DNA from: a virus
Lineage: Duplodnaviria; Caudoviricetes
IMG/VR virus record: IMGVR_UViG_3300044640_002813
Span: 1-55,207 of that record
DNA length: 55,207 bases
Reading direction: 5' to 3' (one strand)
Part shown: positions 1 through 8,693 of the stretch, in pieces
Layout of the letters: the number at the start of each line of letters is the position of its first letter
How positions within the stretch are numbered: position 1 is the stretch's first letter
The notes under the pieces: model-generated
The model's database searches: none
The model's input: only the letters and a program-made list of their open reading frames with translations
What the model was told of the DNA's origin: nothing
Translations under genes and position numbers: made by a program

Positions 1-432
1 GCAGATCGATATGATCTACACGTTTACTATACCCCAAATGAATTTCAAGGCTGGTATGAGTCTCCACAATTTTCAGATTTTGACACTAGAGGATTAAGAT
101 ACTATTGGAAAGAACTTTCAGGCGGCAAACCAGTTGTGGTTTTAGTGCCAGGAACCGGAGAAAGATTCGATCATAAATCAGCTGAATTCATCGCATATGA
201 AGAAGTATTTCAAGATCTGATGAGTATTCCTGAATTTAGGGAAATCAATCGATTTGCTGAGGCCAGAGGAGGCAGTGCATCAGTTCCTAAAGAACTGACA
301 ATGGGGCTGATTGCAAAGGTCAAAGAAATGGGACTAGACAGCAGAATCCGGGATATCTTCGATAAATCAAAAGAGGATCCAGAATACATCAAGGCGATGG
401 TTAAGGAGTCCAGTCGAATGGGATTGATTTAA
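1..432 (+). CDS. Hypothetical protein, 5'-truncated by the window edge
   Basis: Frame is open from base 1 (ADRYDLHVYY...) through the ORF-track call 136..432. Ends ...SSRMGLI; its stop overlaps the stop of the convergent sigma gene (TTAA). Confidence 0.75.
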   Translation, partial: ADRYDLHVYYTPNEFQGWYESPQFSDFDTRGLRYYWKELSGGKPVVVLVPGTGERFDHKSAEFIAYEEVFQDLMSIPEFREINRFAEARGGSASVPKELTMGLIAKVKEMGLDSRIRDIFDKSKEDPEYIKAMVKESSRMGLI

Positions 433-1316
433 AGTTCTCTCCGAATTCTAGCCTGATTCATAATAATTTTCAGTTTTCGAATCGCTTTAGTATATCTTTG
501 TCTGATGGTCTCAGGGGTGAAATCTCCAAATTGATTAGCAATTCGAGTAAAGCTATGAGGCTCGTATCCAAACAGACCCAGTCGCATTGCGATTATCTGC
601 TTTTGAACCGGAGTCAGCTTATTGAGATATCTTTCTATCATTTGATCCGATGATCCGGTAATGACCAGGTGATCTGTACCTTCCGGGTCACCATTGATCG
701 TATTGATCGGACCCCAATCTCCTTCTATGTCTGAATCATTACCCCATCCGTCCATCGGAGTAGGAGCATGATTTGCAACCAGCGCCATCTTGATTCCTTC
801 AATTTTGGCATCAGGATCAACCGTCTCTAAATAGGCATCGAAGAGCTCATCAATAGTAGGATCCCTTTGTAAGTCTTGAGCCATTTTAGATTCTAGCTGA
901 TTGATCTTTGAAATAGTAGAAACCTGATTAGACGGCACTCGGATCTGTCTGGAATTATCAGTTAGGTATTTCAACATATTCTTTCTAATAAACCAAACTG
1001 CATAGGATATAAATTTAAAGCCAGTAGTCGGATCGAATCCTTCTGCCGCTTCAAGCAGACCCATGTTGCCTTCATTGATCAGGTCTTCCATCTTAGTACT
1101 GTCACGGCCGGCATACATCTTAGCTACCGAAATCACAAATCTCAGGTTGGAAGTAATCAGTCTCTCCTTGGCTAACAGGTCCCCTTCTCTAGCTAGAACA
1201 GCAAGTTCTGCTTCTTGAGTTGGAGTCAGGGCTTCATATCTAGATATCTCAGTCATGTATCGACTTAAACTGTCTGTTCTAACTGTGTATCTAGCTGAAA
1301 TTTTAAATTCTCTCAT
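429..1316 (-). CDS. Phage-encoded sigma-70 factor, RpoD/SigA-like (Bacteroidota type, no region 1.1)
   Basis: Region 1.2 SLSRYMTEI, region 2 LITSNLRFVISVAK / DLINEGNMGL / FDPTTGFKFISYAVWFIR, region 3 SRQIRVP, region 4 ETIRQRYTKAIRKL. N-terminus MREFKIS resembles Bacteroidota primary sigma (MRQLKIT). Confidence 0.93.
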   Translation of the reverse strand: MREFKISARYTVRTDSLSRYMTEISRYEALTPTQEAELAVLAREGDLLAKERLITSNLRFVISVAKMYAGRDSTKMEDLINEGNMGLLEAAEGFDPTTGFKFISYAVWFIRKNMLKYLTDNSRQIRVPSNQVSTISKINQLESKMAQDLQRDPTIDELFDAYLETVDPDAKIEGIKMALVANHAPTPMDGWGNDSDIEGDWGPINTINGDPEGTDHLVITGSSDQMIERYLNKLTPVQKQIIAMRLGLFGYEPHSFTRIANQFGDFTPETIRQRYTKAIRKLKIIMNQARIRREL

Positions 1317-1366
1317 TTTGTTCTTTAAATTAATAAGTTTTAAAACTATTTTACCACATAAATCAG

Positions 1367-1373
1367 ATAAATA
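1367..1373 (+). promoter_or_regulatory. Late-type promoter motif ATAAATA
   Basis: 17 nt before ATG 1391; resembles T4 late TATAAATA. Confidence 0.6.
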
Positions 1374-1390
1374 ATAAAAAATTATTAAAT

Positions 1391-2416
1391 ATGGGATTTA
1401 GACACGTTATACCCTATTCAAAATGGCATAAGGTAAATGAAGTTAATATTGCGGCATATAATCAACCTTCTATTCCACTTAAACAGCCTATTTTAACTAA
1501 TAAGGATGGATCATCTATTCCTAATCCTGAAGATAAAAAAGAAGGGGCTCCGGTTGTTAAAACGGAGGATCCAGCTCCTAGCGGAATTCCAACTCCGAAT
1601 AATACTTCATTGCGGGACGATTTAATTACAATCGCAGTAAATAAGACAGTGGTTAAATTTATAGATTTAATGAACGAGAATAAAAAATATTTTCCAGCTG
1701 AATTATATAAAGGAAAAAAAGAATTTTGGGAATTCTTCACTAATGTTCAAAATGGAACCTTAAGTAAGCCTGAATTTGCTAAAATGGTAAAAGACAAGAA
1801 GCTTATATTCTGTCCGCCAGTTGATAGCGATATGAAAGTTTCAATGGACTACTTCACGTGGTTCCCGTCTGATGACACTGGAGAAAACTGGACGCTTGAA
1901 CCCTATACTCAACCTGGATTCAATAAGATCGCTTGGACTTTTAAAGATAGTTATTCATGTCCAGTTCCAACAACAAAGGAAGAGAGAGAAAAAGAACCTA
2001 CTCTAGGTGAAACCTTTCCTCAGTTAGGACTAGGAAATCCAGATTCTTCTACTAAAACCTGTCCATTTGGGCCGGGTGAATGGCTATATGTCAAGCAATT
2101 CTCAGGTTCTGAGGCTCCAGAATATAATGGTCAGAAAAAGGTTTCTGCCAGATCTCTTGCGGCTACCTCATCTGCTACTTCTTCTACACTTACTACTAGC
2201 GCAACTCCAGCAGTTCCAGTTCCTACTGATATCTTGATCCTTGAACAGGACTACGAAACCAAGGTTACTACTGGTAAATCGTATGGATATGTCTTGTTAA
2301 TTAAGAGAAATCAAGCTCAAGGAGGATCAGCATCTTATGGTGGAGTCAGAGGAGGAAGTTACGGAGTAGGAGGATACGGAACCCCAGTTGAAAAGTACAG
2401 TGCAAAGTACTTCTAA
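1391..2416 (+). CDS. Hypothetical late protein with capsid-targeting-like leader (putative internal virion protein)
   Basis: 341-aa ORF; leader MGFRHVIPYSKWHKVNE; ATAAATA 17 nt upstream. Confidence 0.75.
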   Translation: MGFRHVIPYSKWHKVNEVNIAAYNQPSIPLKQPILTNKDGSSIPNPEDKKEGAPVVKTEDPAPSGIPTPNNTSLRDDLITIAVNKTVVKFIDLMNENKKYFPAELYKGKKEFWEFFTNVQNGTLSKPEFAKMVKDKKLIFCPPVDSDMKVSMDYFTWFPSDDTGENWTLEPYTQPGFNKIAWTFKDSYSCPVPTTKEEREKEPTLGETFPQLGLGNPDSSTKTCPFGPGEWLYVKQFSGSEAPEYNGQKKVSARSLAATSSATSSTLTTSATPAVPVPTDILILEQDYETKVTTGKSYGYVLLIKRNQAQGGSASYGGVRGGSYGVGGYGTPVEKYSAKYF

Positions 2417-2440
2417 TTTGAAAAAAAGGAGTAATAAGGG

Positions 2441-2552
2441 AAATAAATAAAAAAAAGAATAACATATGTCTCACATTAAGAATTTTAAAGACTGGTTCCG
2501 AGTATATGAATCGGCAGGATTTAAGTACAAGTCAGGAATGGCAATTTTCGAA
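2441..2552 (+). repeat. Direct repeat copy 1 (promoter plus 29-codon leader); copy 2 at about 4740-4851
   Basis: Visible nucleotide alignment; 9 synonymous and 2 non-synonymous codon differences. Confidence 0.9.
2443..2449 (+). promoter_or_regulatory. Late-type promoter motif ATAAATA
   Basis: 16 nt before ATG 2466. Confidence 0.6.
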
Positions 2553-4097
2553 ACGACCCCCACTCCAAGCGATGGTTCAATAGAAGCAGATATAAAGGTT
2601 CAATTTGCTGCAGGAGCATATGGAGCAACTCAAGCTGAACAAGATCAGTTAATAGGTCAAATACGAACAAGTTTAACCCCATTAGTAGAGTTCATTAAAA
2701 ATCCTGCACCGGATTATTTTGGACACTTTATAAATATTGAAGTTGAAGCTAGTGCAGACGCAACTGGATTATCAGCGGGAGCACTCCAAAAAGCTGCTGC
2801 TCTAGGGATCACCGCACAAATGCAACCTTCTGAACAAAATACAATTTTATCAAATGCTAGAAAGGATACGTGTATCAAATTAATAAACAAAATATTAGTA
2901 GAAGAACTTGGCGTGACTGAAGAAGAATTAAAAACTAAAATTACTATATCTGGAAAAGCAACAGTTAGTCCTAACCTAAATGATCCAAGTGCAAGATTTG
3001 TAAAAGCTAGATTAAGTAAGGGAGCTCAATATTTGCCGCCGCCGCCGCCTGATAAGATAGAAGAAGACGTACTCAAATGTGGTTACGAAGAAACAAAGGA
3101 GGGAACCGAAGCTAAAAAATATCCATACATTGGATATGAAAAAAAGGTTAAAAGTTCTATGAGGACTGGTCAAAAAATGACTTTGTCATTTAATTCATAC
3201 AACTATCCAGATGCATTCTATATAAAATATGGAGACGTTGAAAAATTTAGCGGATTCATTGGAGCACAAAAAAAGGACGGTAGAGATTTTAATTCGGAGC
3301 TATCTAGCTATGGAGCAGAACTTAAAAAAGCAGTTGATGAGACTATTAAGAGACTCGGAGGAAAGATTGAATCAGATTTACAAACAGATTTTCAAGTAAC
3401 AGGCACACCTACTGAAATGACGAATGCTTTAAAAAAGAAAATAAAGGAGAGTACACTTGATCCTAAATATCATGAATGGCCTCTTATGATTGTAGGATAC
3501 TTAAATGATAGCGGTAATCGATCCGACGGAATTTTGGGGACCACTTGGGTTCAAAATCCTGGAGAAGCTATGGCTTTACCGCCAGATGAATATTTAATAG
3601 GCGCTAAATCACAAAACAGTTTAATGTTAAAAACTCTATTAAAAGAAGGGTTTATTTCTATTCCAGATGAAGGCAATTATAGTGATGCATTTCGGGAAAA
3701 ACTAGAGGGTACTGATTCTAATCCTACTGAAAATGATAAAAAATTAATAGAAGAAGAAGGATCAAAATGGAAAAAAGTGAAATGGACTATTGACAATGCT
3801 TCTAAATTTGCTGGAGGAGGAAGGGGCATAGACGGTTCAACAATAAAGCCTAGAGACATAACAAAGGAAAAAAACTACACGCCGTTAACCAAAGAAATAG
3901 TTTTGGAAATGATTAAGAATGGAAGTTTAGGGGAAGAAGTAAAGAATAGAAGAAACTTAACTCCAAATCCCGCAAATAAAAATGCACTGGATTTTAATTT
4001 TACCTTTGAAAAAGATTTTAGAGATGAATACGTAACAATTGTTGTATTTTCGCCTTTATCTGGAACCGAATTTAATATTAAAGCAACTTGTAAATAA
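2466..4097 (+). CDS. Putative virion cargo protein A1: conserved 29-aa leader plus OmpA-C-like domain
   Basis: 543 aa; leader MSHIKNFKDWFRVYESAGFKYKSGMAIFE shared with 4765..6561; OmpA-like pattern F.AG...NIEVEASAD...NTILSNAR...ARFVK; poly-Pro linker. Confidence 0.7.
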   Translation: MSHIKNFKDWFRVYESAGFKYKSGMAIFETTPTPSDGSIEADIKVQFAAGAYGATQAEQDQLIGQIRTSLTPLVEFIKNPAPDYFGHFINIEVEASADATGLSAGALQKAAALGITAQMQPSEQNTILSNARKDTCIKLINKILVEELGVTEEELKTKITISGKATVSPNLNDPSARFVKARLSKGAQYLPPPPPDKIEEDVLKCGYEETKEGTEAKKYPYIGYEKKVKSSMRTGQKMTLSFNSYNYPDAFYIKYGDVEKFSGFIGAQKKDGRDFNSELSSYGAELKKAVDETIKRLGGKIESDLQTDFQVTGTPTEMTNALKKKIKESTLDPKYHEWPLMIVGYLNDSGNRSDGILGTTWVQNPGEAMALPPDEYLIGAKSQNSLMLKTLLKEGFISIPDEGNYSDAFREKLEGTDSNPTENDKKLIEEEGSKWKKVKWTIDNASKFAGGGRGIDGSTIKPRDITKEKNYTPLTKEIVLEMIKNGSLGEEVKNRRNLTPNPANKNALDFNFTFEKDFRDEYVTIVVFSPLSGTEFNIKATCK

Positions 4098-4122
4098 ACA
4101 ATTGAGCACTGATAATGCATTA

Positions 4123-4662
4123 TCAGTGCTCAAGAGATTCTGCACACTTGTATTTCATCGGTACATTTTTAACACTGATAATAAATATTTTATAGACAGT
4201 CTCCTCATTTTGTATTAAGATGTCGATATAAAAACCTACAAGATAAGGTTTATCAGCATTTATATTTTTACCAGACCACCATTCGGTAGATATTTTGCCA
4301 GGCGTTTCTGACATTCTTTCCTCTAATCGTTGAGTTAATAACGATTCAGGCTTATAATAACAAGATATAGCATTAGGTATAGATTGAGTAACTTGATAGG
4401 TATCGTATAATGCCCAATTATCTTCTAATTTTAAAACATTTAGAAAATTAGTATTTTCAACAGTTTCTTTAATTTTAAATATCTGTTGAGCCATTTGGTC
4501 AGCTTCAGTAGACGATCGTATTTCTCCTAACATCATACTTGATCTTTTTTTATTTAAGCTTAATAGAAAAGAATTCTTGACAGTTTCAGTTAATTTATTA
4601 TCTATTTGAGAATTGATACTTGATGCTACAACTAAAGTGATTAAAAGGATTAAAGATTTCAT
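4123..4662 (-). CDS. Secreted protein B1 (signal peptide), possibly CAP/SCP-like
   Basis: Start moved from 4713 to the ATG at 4662, giving the Sec-type signal MKSLILLITLVVASSINS-Q. LNKKRSSMMLGEI...ADQMAQ weakly resembles a CAP-domain N-terminus. Confidence 0.7.
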   Translation of the reverse strand: MKSLILLITLVVASSINSQIDNKLTETVKNSFLLSLNKKRSSMMLGEIRSSTEADQMAQQIFKIKETVENTNFLNVLKLEDNWALYDTYQVTQSIPNAISCYYKPESLLTQRLEERMSETPGKISTEWWSGKNINADKPYLVGFYIDILIQNEETVYKIFIISVKNVPMKYKCAESLEH

Positions 4663-4671
4663 CGTTTTCGG

Positions 4672-4689
4672 ATTTAATTGGTTATAATC
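4672..4689 (-). promoter_or_regulatory. Shared upstream element GATTATAACCAATTAAAT (copy 1)
   Basis: Exact 18-mer, 9 nt before the start of B1; identical copy at 7086-7103. Confidence 0.65.
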
Positions 4690-4740
4690 TAATTTACTCA
4701 ATTTTATCGACATTTTTAAAAAAAATCATTTCTTTTAAGA

Positions 4741-4747
4741 ATAAATA
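4741..4747 (+). promoter_or_regulatory. Late-type promoter motif ATAAATA
   Basis: 17 nt before ATG 4765. Confidence 0.6.
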
Positions 4748-4764
4748 ATAAAAAAGAATAACAA

Positions 4765-6561
4765 ATGTCACACATTAAAAACTTTAAAGACTGGTTCCGA
4801 GTGTATGAATCAGCAGGATTTAAGTATCAGCCTGGCATGGCAATATTTGAAGCGACAATTACCCCAGGGGCGCTTTATGCTGCTGATACTGCTATTGAAA
4901 ATTTGGAAGGGTTGTCAACTAAACTTGATAAAATGACTTCAGAAATGTCAACTGACTGGACCTCACTTATAAATGGATGGAAAAAATTAATTGCAAACAA
5001 AGCACCGGGTGACGGAAAGGCTGAGACAAGTAACGTTTACACAACATGGTTTGAGGGCTCCAAAGCCGGTAATCTCGACAAGGCACAGACAGAGTTCAGT
5101 GCATTCCTAGCAGACACCACCAAATATACAAAACCATCTTTTTCAATTGTGAAGAATGATTTTGTAATTAACAATGCAAAAGGAAGAAAGGTTCCGTTTA
5201 CTAACGGATCACTAACATGGTGGATCAATGCTGACAATTTACTCATGAGGTTTAATGCAACTAATATTTTAAATATGCTTGTATCGTTAAATGACCACTA
5301 TCCGACTGCAGCTTGGGCCAGCGGTAAAACAGTTGAACAGTTGGGATCAATGGCATGGGACAAAATAAAAGATGGAGGAGGCATAGGAAAATGGTATTGG
5401 CCTGATGCCGCAGTTGCCAAAATCGTCGCCCCTGCTATCCAAAGATTCTTATCCTGGAAAGATGCATTAGCGATAAGCTCAGGTTCTAAAGCATTGTCTG
5501 CTGATAGCTTAGGTGGAGGAATCAAGGCAGGAGATACGGTTTCAGACCCAAAAGGGATGGAAAAGGAGATTCTTGTTCAAAAATTTGGTTTTTATACTAT
5601 TGCTTCAGTGGAACAAGGAGCCGGAAATGAATACACCAAATTTGAGACAACCTCAGTTCAGGTTCCAGTCGGAGGAGGAAAAGGGGCAGTTGCAGTTAAA
5701 GACGATAAGCAATCTTTACTGGGATCATCTGGTTTATTTGCTCAAGGTTCTAAAACTCCAGTTCCAGCCAAAGCCGCTGGACAGCTTGAAGCCTTACAAA
5801 AGATATTAAGTCAGTATTCTAACATTACTTCTATTAAAGTTCAAGGATCCGCCTCATGGGAATGGACTAACGGTAACACAAGAGACGACGCTCAAAATCT
5901 GGCATTAGCTAAAATTAGAGCTCAATGGTTTATTGATCAACTTAATGTCGGAACAAACAAAGTTGCAACCATGTGGATGCCTACTGAAGTAGATAAAGTG
6001 GTAAATGGAGTAAAGCAGGTAGTAGGTGAAGGGGCCGTAGTTCAACCTACTAATGATGTAAAAACTGCTCCTGATTGGAGGGTAACCAACTTCTTTATAA
6101 CTGGAGATAAAGTAACAGAAAATACACTACCTGAAAAATGGATCACAGTGACTGAAACTGGAGATATTACATTAAAATATGATAAGGTTACAATCACCGA
6201 GCATATTTTAACGGTTTCTTTTACATCTCCAGGATTGATAACGTCTAAAGGATGGGGACAGGAGAAAGGTAAAAAAGATATAAAATCAGAGCTTAAACAG
6301 AGTACTAAATGGGATGACTTAAAGGCGGGACAGGAGATAGTTATAAACGATAAGTCAGACCCTCCAAAACCAGTCGGAGGTGGAGTCGATGGTAAACAGA
6401 TTTTCGTAGTAGGCGAAGGTACTGAAAAAAATACCTTAAAGGTTAAATTGGTAACTACAAAGGACGGTCAGAAATCAGAAAGAGAGATTGACAACGTAAT
6501 CAAAGATAGATATCTAAGAGAAGTAAAACCTAAACCTGTCGAAGGAGAAGATAACTTATAA
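4765..6561 (+). CDS. Putative virion cargo protein A2: conserved 29-aa leader plus OmpA-C-like domain
   Basis: 598 aa; leader 27/29 identical to 2466..4097; LFAQGS...ITSIKVQGSAS...NLALAKIRAQ...WRVTNF matches the OmpA-C pattern. Confidence 0.72.
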   Translation: MSHIKNFKDWFRVYESAGFKYQPGMAIFEATITPGALYAADTAIENLEGLSTKLDKMTSEMSTDWTSLINGWKKLIANKAPGDGKAETSNVYTTWFEGSKAGNLDKAQTEFSAFLADTTKYTKPSFSIVKNDFVINNAKGRKVPFTNGSLTWWINADNLLMRFNATNILNMLVSLNDHYPTAAWASGKTVEQLGSMAWDKIKDGGGIGKWYWPDAAVAKIVAPAIQRFLSWKDALAISSGSKALSADSLGGGIKAGDTVSDPKGMEKEILVQKFGFYTIASVEQGAGNEYTKFETTSVQVPVGGGKGAVAVKDDKQSLLGSSGLFAQGSKTPVPAKAAGQLEALQKILSQYSNITSIKVQGSASWEWTNGNTRDDAQNLALAKIRAQWFIDQLNVGTNKVATMWMPTEVDKVVNGVKQVVGEGAVVQPTNDVKTAPDWRVTNFFITGDKVTENTLPEKWITVTETGDITLKYDKVTITEHILTVSFTSPGLITSKGWGQEKGKKDIKSELKQSTKWDDLKAGQEIVINDKSDPPKPVGGGVDGKQIFVVGEGTEKNTLKVKLVTTKDGQKSEREIDNVIKDRYLREVKPKPVEGEDNL

Positions 6562-6576
6562 AAGATCATAACTAAT

Positions 6577-6608
6577 AAAAAACCCATCTGTTAAAGATGG
6601 GTTTTTTT
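6577..6608. terminator. Bidirectional intrinsic terminator
   Basis: A6-CCCATCT-gttaa-AGATGGG-T7 between convergent genes. Confidence 0.88.
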
Positions 6609-6626
6609 ATTTAATAATTTATGAAA

Positions 6627-7076
6627 CTAATAATCAATTGATATTGCCATATAACTTCTTCCTTCAACATCTCCAAATACAATAGAATATTTTGTAAATT
6701 CAAAATCTTTAATCTGTATTTCTTCATTTGTTATATTCTCCTTTACTCTAGAAATCAAATGAGATAAAGGAAGATCATAGATAGATACTACATCGTTTGG
6801 AACAGAATTTACTGATCTAAAATGAACTTTACTATCGTCATTTAAAAAGGACTCTCCTTTAATTTTTTTAATAGCATAACCATGACATTCAGGATTAAAA
6901 GATTCAGTTAATTCTACGTTTCCAAGCTCTGCCTTGATCAATGAATCAATTGAATACTTGATACGTTCAATTTTTGCAGACTTGTCTTTAAATTCAGTAG
7001 AATCTAATCCGTTAGAGAATGCTAAGTTAAATACTAATGATCCTCCGATTACTAAGGCTAAAATTAACTTTTTCAT
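6627..7076 (-). CDS. Secreted protein B2 (signal peptide)
   Basis: Start moved from 7115 to the ATG at 7076, giving MKKLILALVIGGSLVFNLAFS; upstream 18-mer identical to that of B1. Confidence 0.7.
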   Translation of the reverse strand: MKKLILALVIGGSLVFNLAFSNGLDSTEFKDKSAKIERIKYSIDSLIKAELGNVELTESFNPECHGYAIKKIKGESFLNDDSKVHFRSVNSVPNDVVSIYDLPLSHLISRVKENITNEEIQIKDFEFTKYSIVFGDVEGRSYMAISIDY

Positions 7077-7085
7077 GGCTTTTAA

Positions 7086-7103
7086 ATTTAATTGGTTATA
7101 ATC
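7086..7103 (-). promoter_or_regulatory. Shared upstream element GATTATAACCAATTAAAT (copy 2)
   Basis: Exact 18-mer, 9 nt before the start of B2. Confidence 0.65.
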
Positions 7104-7136
7104 AATACTACTCATATTATCTGTAAATTTAAAAAA

Positions 7137-7143
7137 ATAAATA
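7137..7143 (+). promoter_or_regulatory. Late-type promoter motif ATAAATA
   Basis: 18 nt before ATG 7162. Confidence 0.55.
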
Positions 7144-7161
7144 ATAAGAAATAACTTAGAA

Positions 7162-7509
7162 ATGAAAAGAATTAAAAAACTATTCTCTGATCTGTTGATG
7201 GAGAAAGGATTCTATTCACAAGGTAGAATTTATTTGTTCATATCTGTGTTGGCCTATTACATTACCCTAGGCATCCTGACATGCACTGGAATGAGCAAGA
7301 AACATGCTGATATTGACATCAATAATTTTAAAATGATTGTTGATGGGCTACAATACGCAATGGTCCTATTTGCAGGTTATGTGTTTGGTGGTAAATTTGT
7401 AGATGTTCTAAAAGAGGCTAAATATTTAAAGTCTAATGACTCTGCTAATGCTACTGCATCTAATCAGATGCAGGGTTCAACTCCAGATCCTAATTTAGGA
7501 GCTAATTAA
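7162..7509 (+). CDS. Small two-TM membrane protein, holin-like
   Basis: 115 aa; hydrophobic segments IYLFISVLAYYITLGILT and IVDGLQYAMVLFAGYVFGG; late-type motif upstream. Holin role is inferred. Confidence 0.55.
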   Translation: MKRIKKLFSDLLMEKGFYSQGRIYLFISVLAYYITLGILTCTGMSKKHADIDINNFKMIVDGLQYAMVLFAGYVFGGKFVDVLKEAKYLKSNDSANATASNQMQGSTPDPNLGAN

Positions 7510-7534
7510 AAAAAGAGGGAGTAGTCTCCCTCTT
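7508..7534 (-). terminator. Intrinsic terminator
   Basis: AAGAGGGAG-tagt-CTCCCTCTT with a U-tract on the minus strand, between convergent genes. Confidence 0.8.
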
Positions 7535-8618
7535 AAATTAATCCTCCAAGTCCTAGTTCTTCTAGTCCTAATTCTTTAAAGATGTCAGTATAAACTGTAG
7601 CAGTTTTACCGGTTGCAATGAATTGTAAGAATTTACTACATGCTCCCATTAAGCTGTGACGTTCTACCACATCTTTGATATCAGCTTTCTTATCCCAAGA
7701 ATCTGGTGCCTTTTTCTTATAGTCTCCCTTGTCTCCTAGGTATTCAATGAATTTTCTGTATTCTACATCGATCTGACCGTCTGACATGGTACCCGTTTCG
7801 ATGTCCTTAGCTGCAGCTAACAATTGAGCAAGAGGCCCAGCTGCTGAAATTGATTGATAACTACCAAAGTCTTTTAATTCTTCAGGATCAATCTGAGACA
7901 ATTGCCTTTGGAAATCCTCCTTCTTTTTAACCGATTTCTTATCGTATACTTTGGTCAAGATGTTAGTGTATTCTTTCTTAAAATAATCCAAGAAAATCTT
8001 GTCGTCCATCTTTTTAGTCTCTTCTCGTTTCTCACGTTTTTCAGTAGCTCTGGTTTCTCGTTCCATGATATAGAGAACTGAATTTTCAGTGATGTCCTCT
8101 CTTAATTGTTCGATTGTGCCTCTCCATGCTGCTACTGGTTCTCCAGTCTCGCGGTCAATAGTTACGATTCGGATATAGTTACCGCGTTTCTGAGAAACTT
8201 CTGGACGGTCTGGATCGTATCCTTTCCAATCCCGAGTCTTACCTGTTTTTCGGGTAATGTAGTGAACCATCTGTTCGTCTGGATTTACCAAGATCAATTT
8301 AACTGCAGTATCAGTTCTTTTATCAATACTGTTTACTAAGTAATCATAGATTCTCTGAACTCCTGATTTGGATCCAACTACTCCAACGTCATGTGATACC
8401 GGATCATCCTGAGTTTGAGGCCAGTCTCCACCGTATTCTCCGTGTAAGGTTCTAAATTTACCTCCACGCATCATACCGGATTTGGTTCTAGCAACATTTT
8501 TGCCAGTCAGCTTGTGAATGAACTGCATCAGGTCCTTTGGAACCCCTAGTTTGGTCAATTCACTCGCCATCTCATTGATCTGAGAATATTGATTGAATCC
8601 TTTTAAATATCTTTTCAT
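7533..8618 (-). CDS. Hypothetical late protein with capsid-targeting-like leader
   Basis: 361 aa; MKRYLKGFNQYSQINE; ATAAATA upstream; terminator downstream. Confidence 0.75.
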   Translation of the reverse strand: MKRYLKGFNQYSQINEMASELTKLGVPKDLMQFIHKLTGKNVARTKSGMMRGGKFRTLHGEYGGDWPQTQDDPVSHDVGVVGSKSGVQRIYDYLVNSIDKRTDTAVKLILVNPDEQMVHYITRKTGKTRDWKGYDPDRPEVSQKRGNYIRIVTIDRETGEPVAAWRGTIEQLREDITENSVLYIMERETRATEKREKREETKKMDDKIFLDYFKKEYTNILTKVYDKKSVKKKEDFQRQLSQIDPEELKDFGSYQSISAAGPLAQLLAAAKDIETGTMSDGQIDVEYRKFIEYLGDKGDYKKKAPDSWDKKADIKDVVERHSLMGACSKFLQFIATGKTATVYTDIFKELGLEELGLGGLI

Positions 8619-8627
8619 AATGTAGAT

Positions 8628-8686
8628 TCTTTTTTATTATTTATTAGAAAAAAGTCCGGATATTTTAAGATAAATAATAAAAAAGA
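8628..8686. promoter_or_regulatory. Back-to-back divergent late-type promoters
   Basis: ATAAATAATAAAAAAGA on both strands (8628-8644 minus, 8670-8686 plus) forms a 17-bp inverted repeat. Confidence 0.65.
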
Positions 8687-8693
8687 AGAGAAT

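Noticed and set aside
4663-4713. ORF-track N-terminal extensions of 4123..4713 and 6627..7115 (shared DYNQLN)
   Set aside because: Downstream ATGs give clean signal peptides, and the shared segment is an exact 18-nt DNA match, better explained as a regulatory element.
8628-8686. 17-bp inverted repeat as transposon ends or an invertible switch
   Set aside because: Explained by two identical divergent promoter/leader motifs; no recombinase or transposase nearby.
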